Source: Scyliorhinus canicula
Taxonomy: Eukaryota
Direction of reading: 5' to 3'
Assembly (NCBI RefSeq): GCF_902713615.1
Contig: NW_024055760.1
Span: 310,001 to 363,611 of the forward strand
DNA: 53,611 bases
Part shown: piece by piece, positions 46,690 through 53,611 of the stretch
Layout of the letters: every line of letters starts with the position of its first letter
How positions within the stretch are numbered: the stretch's first letter is position 1
Translations under genes and position numbers: made by a program
Notes under the pieces: generated by a model
What the model was told of the DNA's origin: nothing
The model's input: the letters and a program-made list of their open reading frames with translations, nothing else
Database searches by the model: none

Positions 46690-47340
46690 TTTGTTTATTG
46701 TCACGTGCACCGAGGTACAGTGAAAATTATTATTCTGCGAGCAGCTCAAACAGATCATTTTGTACATGAAAAGAAATTAAACTAAAAAGAAAATACATAA
46801 TAGGGCAACACAAGGTACACAATGTTGATATATAGACAAAGGCATTGAGTGAAGCATACTACTACATTGAGTGTAGTATTAATCAGGTCCGTCCATAAGA
46901 GGGTTGTTCAGGAGTCTGGTAATAGTGGGGAAGAAGCTGTTTTGAATCTGATCGTCCGTGTTCTCAGACTTTTGTATCTCCTGCCCGATGGAAGAAGTTG
47001 GAAGAGTGAGTAAGCTGGGTGGGAGGGGTCTTTAATTATGATGCCCGCTTTCCCCAGGCAGCGGGAGGTGTAGATAGAGTCAATGGATGTGAGGCAGGTT
47101 TGTGGGATGGACTAGGCTGCGTTCACTACTCTCTGAAGTTTCTTGTGGTCTTGGGCCGAGCAGTTGCCAAACCAGGCTGTGATGCAGCCAGATAGGATGC
47201 TTTCGATGGTGTATCTGTAAAAGCTGGTAAGAGTCAGTGTGGACATGCCAAATTTCCTTGTTTCCTGAAGAAGTATAGGTGCTGTTGTGCTTTCTTGGTT
47301 GTAGCGTTGATGTGCGTGGCCAGGACAGATATTTGGTGAT
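46690..47340 (-). mobile_element. Rex1/Babar-type LINE 3' fragment
   Basis: RKFGMSTLTLTSFYRYTIESILSGCITAWFGNCSAQDHKKLQRVV. Confidence 0.8.
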
Positions 47341-47769
47341 GGACACCCTGTGCCCCAGTGCAGGAGAGGCTGGTGTGAGCTGAACATACATGGCTGGCTA
47401 AAGACTAAGGCAGATGTCAAGAGCCTTGGAAAGAAAACAGGTCTGGAGGGAGTGGGTCAAAAAACCTGGGGAGTTGCATTTTGCATGAATCGTGAGTGTG
47501 ACCCAGTCACAATTATGAACAGTAAACAAACCTATCACTGGTTTGATGAGATGATTTACCGTGTCCCAGGTGTTGTAAATACTGTACATACTGTAGATCA
47601 GCCTGCTTGCTGCCCATGTCTAAGTCATATCTTATCAGAATAATGTGCTTCTGTATTAAATAAAGTATCCAACCTCTCATTGTGCTTCATGCCCAGCATC
47701 TTGACTAACTGTGAATCTTCTGTTTTGCTGACTGGGAAAAAGAATCTTCCTGTTTACTAATTGCTCTAT

Positions 47770-47900
47770 GGCGGTTGTGTTACCCAGAATCCCCCGTGCT
47801 CCAGAAAGTTCCCCATCAGTGAGTGAACGAGGCCAGTGCGCAGGTGCAGTGTGGGTGTGTGCTCTGAGCATGCTCAGTGTCAGTCATGGTGAGAGAGTGA
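47770..47900. promoter_or_regulatory. Partial, CpG-decayed copy of the ZNF promoter module
   Basis: ttacccagaatcccccgtg..cagtgcgcaggtgcagtgtg..gagcatgctcagt is colinear with 16861-16960 and 37430-37530. Confidence 0.5.
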
Positions 47901-49029
47901 GGAGGAGTTGGGTTGAACACAACAGTGAGCTGTACCCCTGTGAGACGGGCGTCTCCCAGTCTCTGTTTGACTCTCCTGCAGCTTCCTGACATGGTTGAGT
48001 TGGACAAGGAACTCTCATCATTTGAGCTGGAAAAGGCCATTGATTGCTGAGCAAGCAGAAATGTGCCCAGCAAGGATGGAATTCCAGCTGAACTGCTCAC
48101 ACACACAAAGTCCCATCGACTGTCACACCTTCCTGCCCTCCCCTTTTGGGCTGTGAGACTGGTCCATGGAACATGTGTGATGCAATAAAAACAGCAGTGA
48201 CAGAGGAGACAGCATCAACTACAGGGACATCTCACTCCTTAGAGTCAGGGGAGACCTTCACTTGGGTGATGTTTAAAAGATTCATCTACTTGCAGTCTGA
48301 GTTTATCCAGAATCACAGTGCGGTTTCTGTGCTGACAGATCTACAGTGAACATGATCTTCTCCACACACCAGCTACAAGGGAAGAGAACAATTGGGATTT
48401 GATCTGAAGTGTCAGTGCTGAGAAAGTGAAATGTTCTAATTACTGAGTGAAAGTAAACCTTTCAGTGTGAATCACAATTTACTGGACAATTGGAAAAGGC
48501 ACCAAAATGTTTCAATCTCTGAAGATAAACTTCAGCCTTGAAGTTATGTTTCGGAGCTCACAAGCTGTGGGAATCTTTGTGAATGTTTCCTCTTCCCTTT
48601 TGTAAACAAGCAGAGTAGTTAACCCTTTCCCCAGACAGCACGGCAATGATTTGAAATAAAGATTTTGACTTTTAAAGATTTGGCTTTATCCCATTTGTTG
48701 GGGTCATATTTCCAGCTGTGTGAATCATCGCGGGCGGGATGGAAATTTGCCGATATTATTTTTTATAATCCTAATCTTAATTGTCACAAGTAGTCTTACA
48801 TTAACACTGCAATGAAGTTACTGTGAAAAGCCCCCAGTCAGCACATTCCGGAGCCTGTTCAGGTACACAGAGGGAGAATTCAGAATTGTGATGTGAGAGT
48901 ACCTTTAAAAAATGGGTGTTTATCAAATAGCTGTAGTGAATGTAACTTTAAGAAATGGATGTTTATCAAAGAGCTGCAGGGAAGGCAGACAGCCCAACTT
49001 CACCCACACTCTGATATCACTGCAGCTGT

Positions 49030-49975
49030 TTTGAGTTTGCACATTATCCCCGTGTCTGTGTGGGTTCCCTCCAGGTGCTCCAGTTTTCTCCCACCGTCGA
49101 AAGATGTGTAGATTTGGTGGATTGCCAATGCTAAATTGCCCCTTAGTTACCAAAGGTGAAGTGGTGTCACGGGGAAATGTCAGTGGAACTGCGCCTTGGT
49201 GGGGTGGCTCTTTTGTCGGGTTCGTGTGTGCAAACTTGATGGGCTGAATGGTCTCCTTCTGCACTGCAGGGATTCTATGATGCTATTGAATTAATCTCGC
49301 ATTTTCTGTTTTTACTCTATGTGACATACCTTTTTAATCCACTAATTATATTTATTGAACCACTGTACCACCAACTGCCAGGAGCAGTGTGTTGCTGTTT
49401 CAGCTATTCCAGCCTTGGGTGACTGTGTGGAGTTTGCACAATCTCCCCGTGTCTGTGTGGGTTCCCATCGGGTGCTTCAGTTTTCTCCCACCATCCAAAT
49501 ATGTGCAGGTTAAGTGGATTGACCACGCTAAATTGCCACTTTATATTATAGTAATCTTTACTGTCACAAGACGGCTTACATTAACACTGCAATGAAGTTA
49601 CTGTGGAAAGCCCCGAGTCGCCACATTCCGGCACCTGTTCGGATACACAGAGGGAGAATTCAGAATGTTCAAATTACCTAACAGCACGTCTTTCCGGACT
49701 TGTGGGAGGAAACTGGAGCACCCGGAGGAAACCCACACAGACGCAGGGAGAATGTGCAGACCCCACACAAACGGTGACCCAAGCTGGGAATTGAACCTGG
49801 GACCCTGGAGCTGTGAAGCAATGGTGCTAACCACTGTGCTACCAAAAATGTTTAGGTGGGGTTACTGGGATAGGGTGGAGGCATGGGCTTAAGTAGGGTG
49901 CTCTTTCCAACGGCCGGTGCAGGCTCGATGGGCCGAATGGCCTCCTTCTGCACTGTAAATTCTATGATTCTGTAG
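49030..49975. mobile_element. Cluster of HE1 SINEs (+) with a nested chimeric V-SINE/type-B-tail element (49555-49842, -)
   Basis: Family motifs as in the copies above. Confidence 0.8.
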
Positions 49976-50064
49976 GATTTTCTCTCTCTGTCTCTTCCGA
50001 TGGGTCTGTCTGGTGGTATTTCCCTGACATCAGCAATGTTGCTTCACTGTGCTAACCACTGTTT

Positions 50065-50600
50065 ATCTCTTGTATTTCACAACTGTGACAGGGCAAGGAC
50101 CTGATTCAAGGGATTCAAACATGGGAGTTCTGGGAAAGATGGGCAAGGATTTGGGAGGTGGCAACATGTTCAAAGAGTTTTGAGGGAAGAGGGAGGTTGA
50201 AGATGGGGCAGTAATTTGTAAGGATGGCAGGGTCAAGGTTTGTTTTATTGCGGAGGGGGTGATGATGGCAGATTTGAAGGACAGAGGGACAGTACCTGAA
50301 GAGAGAGAAATGTTGACAATATCCATGGACACAGGGTAGTTGGCTGATCAGTAGCTCAGTGGGAATAGGGTCGATGGAGCAGGAGCTGGGTCTCCTGGAC
50401 AAGATGAGCTCTGAGAGGGCATGAGGGGAGATGGGAGAGAAACTAGAGAAAGATGTGGGTTCAGGGCTCGGGCAAGGATGACATTTATAGACAGTTTGGT
50501 CTGGTGGGCTCGTGGAAGGGAGGGAAGCAGCTGATCGGATTGACTCAATCTCAGTCACAAAGAAGCTCCACAAGCTCCTCTCACTTCTTGTTGGAGGTGA
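50065..50600 (-). mobile_element. L2-clade LINE RT N-terminal fragment
   Basis: SCSIDPIPTELL, IVNISLSSGTVPLSFKSAIITP and LDPAILTNYCPIFNLP..SKLFE. Confidence 0.85.
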
Positions 50601-50830
50601 GGATGGAAGAGACAGGGGAGAGCGAGAGAACTTCAAAAAGGAACTAACTTGTGTCAGAGATATTAAAAAGTTTCAACACACTGCGTATTTCACACAAATC
50701 TAATTTATTTGACTTTTAGCCAGAATATTAGCCCCTGTACATGGGCTGAAGTCTGTTATCAGCAGAAAGAGACCCAAATGAACATGGTTCAGTCCTGAAT
50801 GTGAGGAACATCAAAACCCAATTGCAGCCC

Positions 50831-51700
50831 TTACTTGTGGCCTTGTTGGTGTCTCAGTAGGGAGGATGAGGCGGTGAATCCCTTCCCACACTTGGAGCAG
50901 GTGAATGGCCTCTCCCCAGTGTGGGTTCGCTGATGTATAGTGAGCTGAATTGATTGTGTGAACCCAGTCCCGCAGTGAGAGCACCTATACGGTCTCTCGT
51001 CAGTGTGAACACGTTGATGGCGTGTCAGATTTCCAGACGTTTTATAGCTATTCCCGCAGTCTGGACATTGAAACGGTCTCTCATCAGTGTGAACTCGCTG
51101 GTGACTCAGCAGGTCGGATGAAATAGTAAATCCCTTCCCACACTCTGAGCAGGCGAGTGGTTTCTCCCTGGAGTGATCTTGCTGGTGCTTCTGCAGGGTG
51201 GATGAATCACTGAATCCCTTCCCACACTTGGAGCAGGTGAATGGCGTCTCCCCGATGTGAATTCGCTGGTGTCTCAGCAGGTGGGATGAACGAGTGAATT
51301 CCTTCCCACAATCTGAGCAGGTGAACGGTCTCTCTCCAGTGTGAATTCGCTGGTGTGTGGACAGAGTGGATGATTGGGTGAATCTCTTCCCACACGTGGA
51401 GCAGGCGAACGGTCTCTCCCCAGTGTGAATTCGCTGGTGATTTTGCAGAGCCGATGAAACAATGAATCCCTTCCCACACCTGGAGCAGGTGAATGGTCTC
51501 TCTCCAGTGTGACTACGTCGATGGGCTTCCAGCTTGGATGGGGAAATGAATCCTTTCCCACAGTCCGCACATTTCCGTGGTTTCCCCTCAGTGTGACTGC
51601 ATTTGTGGCCTGTGAGGCCTGATGATAGAGCGAATCCTCGTCCACACACACAAATCAAGTAAGGTTTCTCCCCACTGTCAATGATGCTTGTTCCTTCCAT
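50831..51700 (-). CDS. C2H2 zinc-finger protein, subfamily B, 10 fingers (first atypical)
   Basis: Likely start MEGTSIIDSGEKPY at 51700. The upstream part of the called ORF spans the tttcacag acceptor and is probably intronic. Confidence 0.88.
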   Translation of the reverse strand: MEGTSIIDSGEKPYLICVCGRGFALSSGLTGHKCSHTEGKPRKCADCGKGFISPSKLEAHRRSHTGERPFTCSRCGKGFIVSSALQNHQRIHTGERPFACSTCGKRFTQSSTLSTHQRIHTGERPFTCSDCGKEFTRSSHLLRHQRIHIGETPFTCSKCGKGFSDSSTLQKHQQDHSREKPLACSECGKGFTISSDLLSHQRVHTDERPFQCPDCGNSYKTSGNLTRHQRVHTDERPYRCSHCGTGFTQSIQLTIHQRTHTGERPFTCSKCGKGFTASSSLLRHQQGHK

Positions 51701-52099
51701 GTTCAAAATCCGCTGATATTCAGGATATGATAAATTGAGGACTCTGTCATATCCTGACGTGATGCTTGGTTTGAGTTTCTGGTCTTTGAAGCCTCCCCTT
51801 CGAACACCCTGTGAAACTGATTTAAAAACAGAAAATAGGGAATGAGAGAGACCCCACAAAAACACAAAGGCAGGTTGTGAAATTGCTGAATGATTCTGGT
51901 CATTTGTGGGGCCGGCACTGGGACAAAGTGACCATGAAAACTGCTGGATTGTTATAAACACCCTACTGGCCTCTTTGGGAGGAGAAAGAGGTGAAGAGGG
52001 ATTTTGTATGTCTACAAGACATATTAAGACAGTAGTTGGCAAAGTATATTCGACCTTGAGCTTCAGAAACTGAAATATTGATGCTGAAACTATGCTTCT

Positions 52100-52700
52100 G
52101 GTGGCAAAGTGGTTAGCACTGCTGCCTCACAGCTCCATGGTCCCGGGTTCAATTCGAGTCTCGTGTGACTATGTCTGGAGTTTGCACTTTCTCCCCGTGT
52201 CTGCACGGGTTTCCTCCCACAGTCCCAAGATGTGGAGGTTAGGTGGATTGACCATGCTAAATTGTCCCTTAGTGTCCAAAGGTTAGTTGGGGTCACTGGG
52301 TTCCGGGGACAGGGTGGAGGCGTGGGCTGAAGTTGAAGGAGGGTGCTCTTTGCAAGGGCCAGTGCAGACCTGATGGGCTGAAATGCCTCCTTCAGCATTG
52401 TGAATTCTATGATTCTGCACTGTAGGAATTCTATGAAGCTCGGGTCACCATGCTTCAGGAAGGATGTGAAGTGGGCAGCACATTGGTGCAGAAAGTTAGC
52501 CCTGCTGCCTCACGGCGCCGAAGTCCCAGGTTCGATCCCAGCTCCAGGTCACTGTCCGTGTAAAGTTTGCACATTCTCCCTGTGTTTGTGTGGGTTTTGC
52601 ACCCACAACCCAAAGATGTGCAGGGTAGGTAGATTGGCCACGCTAAATTGCCCCTTAATTGGAAAAAAATGAATTGGATACTCTAAAATTTAAAAAAAAG
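52100..52700 (+). mobile_element. HE1 SINE (52100-52415) and V-SINE variant (52473-52700) within a CR1 3' fragment that continues to the window end
   Basis: Family motifs. CR1 remnants ERMFPLMGES and the tail gggccgagtggcctgttcct. Confidence 0.8.
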
Positions 52701-53085
52701 GAAGGAAGTGAAGGTTCTTGGAGAAGATGCAGAGGAGATTTACCAGAATGGTTCCAGCAAAGGATGTTGAGGAGAGATTTGATTCAGGGACTCAAGATTG
52801 TCAAGATTTCATTCAGGTGGGCAAATAAACTGTTTCCATTCACTGATCGTACAAGCAGTCGGAACACAGATTAAAAGTTTTGGGTAAAACCTGGATTGAA
52901 CTATAAAAGATCCTGAGGGGTATTGACAGGGTCAATGTGGAGAGGATGTTTCCTCTTATGGGAGAATCTGGAACAAGGGGGACACTGTTGCAAAATAAGG
53001 GGCCCCCATTTCAGATGGAGAGGTGGATTTTTTATTCTCTTGAGGGTTGTAAGAATTTGGAACTCGTGTCCTTAAAAGGCAGTCA

Positions 53086-53210
53086 TGATGTGGAGATGAC
53101 AACGTTGGACTGGGGTGAGCACAGTTAGAAGTCTTGTAACAACAGGTTAAAGTTCAACAGGTTTGAAACAAACCTGTTGGACTTTAAACCTGGTGTTGTA
53201 AGACTTCTTA
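53086..53210. mobile_element. Short fold-back Penelope-like family 1 fragment
   Basis: About 38-bp inverted arms around gaaa. No hammerhead retained. Confidence 0.7.
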
Positions 53211-53319
53211 AAAGGCAGTGGAAGCAAAGTCCTTGAATATGTTTAAGGCAGAGCTGGATAGATTCTTGATGGGCAAGGGGGTGAAAGGTTATCGGGGTCG
53301 GCAGGAAAGTGGAGTGGAA

Positions 53320-53505
53320 ATGAAAAAAAATGAAGTGAAAATCACTTATTGTCACGAGTAGGCTTCAATGAAGTTACTGTGAAAAGCCCCTAGGCGCCAC
53401 ATTCCGGCGCCTGTTCAGGGAGGCTGTTATAGGAATCGAACCATGCTGCTGGCCTGCCTTGGTCTGCTTTCAAAGCCAGCGATTTAGCCCTGTGCTAAAC
53501 AGCCC
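53320..53505 (-). mobile_element. Type-B SINE
   Basis: Head and tail motifs. Confidence 0.85.
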
Positions 53506-53611
53506 CTCAGTTGAGGTTAGAATGTTGAGGTTATAAATTGAGGTTAGAATGAGATCAGCCGCAATCTTATTGAATGCTGATCAGGCTTGAGGGGCCGAGT
53601 GGCCTGTTCCT

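Noticed and set aside
51701-52042. Long N-terminal extensions of the ORFs 50831-52042 and 25933-26778 as a novel domain
   Set aside because: They cross a polypyrimidine tract and acceptor, and the two paralogs read the homologous DNA in different frames.

Overview
This is eukaryotic, vertebrate DNA. The HE1/V-SINE and HER1/CR1-type repeats point to a shark or other elasmobranch (inference). The window is a tandem cluster of C2H2 (Kruppel-type, TGE[K/R]P-linked) zinc-finger genes. It holds about seven apparently translatable arrays, two clear pseudogenes and several 5' stubs, mostly in head-to-head pairs around duplicated CpG-rich promoter modules with ZNF143-, NRF1-, YY1- and CCAAT-like motifs. 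No KRAB, SCAN or BTB domain is visible. The genes share a family-specific architecture: small upstream exons, a leader of three stop-containing relic fingers (subfamily A), and a conserved in-frame tail after the stop codon (LQGLDSAVIAAVNHIQD). The intergenic DNA is packed with CR1, L2, RTE and Rex/Babar LINE fragments, several tRNA-derived SINE types, a solo LTR, a MITE and Penelope-like fold-back elements. The most notable observations are: (1) an unspliced, intron-containing pre-tRNA-Pro(CGG) fused to a full-length SINE and inserted in a ZNF exon; (2) minimal hammerhead-ribozyme motifs in two repeat families, one in a fold-back insertion with a target-site duplication (TSD) and one carrying a U3-A8 core covariation; (3) the frame-preserved post-stop tail; and (4) a 16-finger gene with di-finger repeats whose start and stop both come from retroelements. 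Repeat boundaries are by-eye estimates and no database searches were run.
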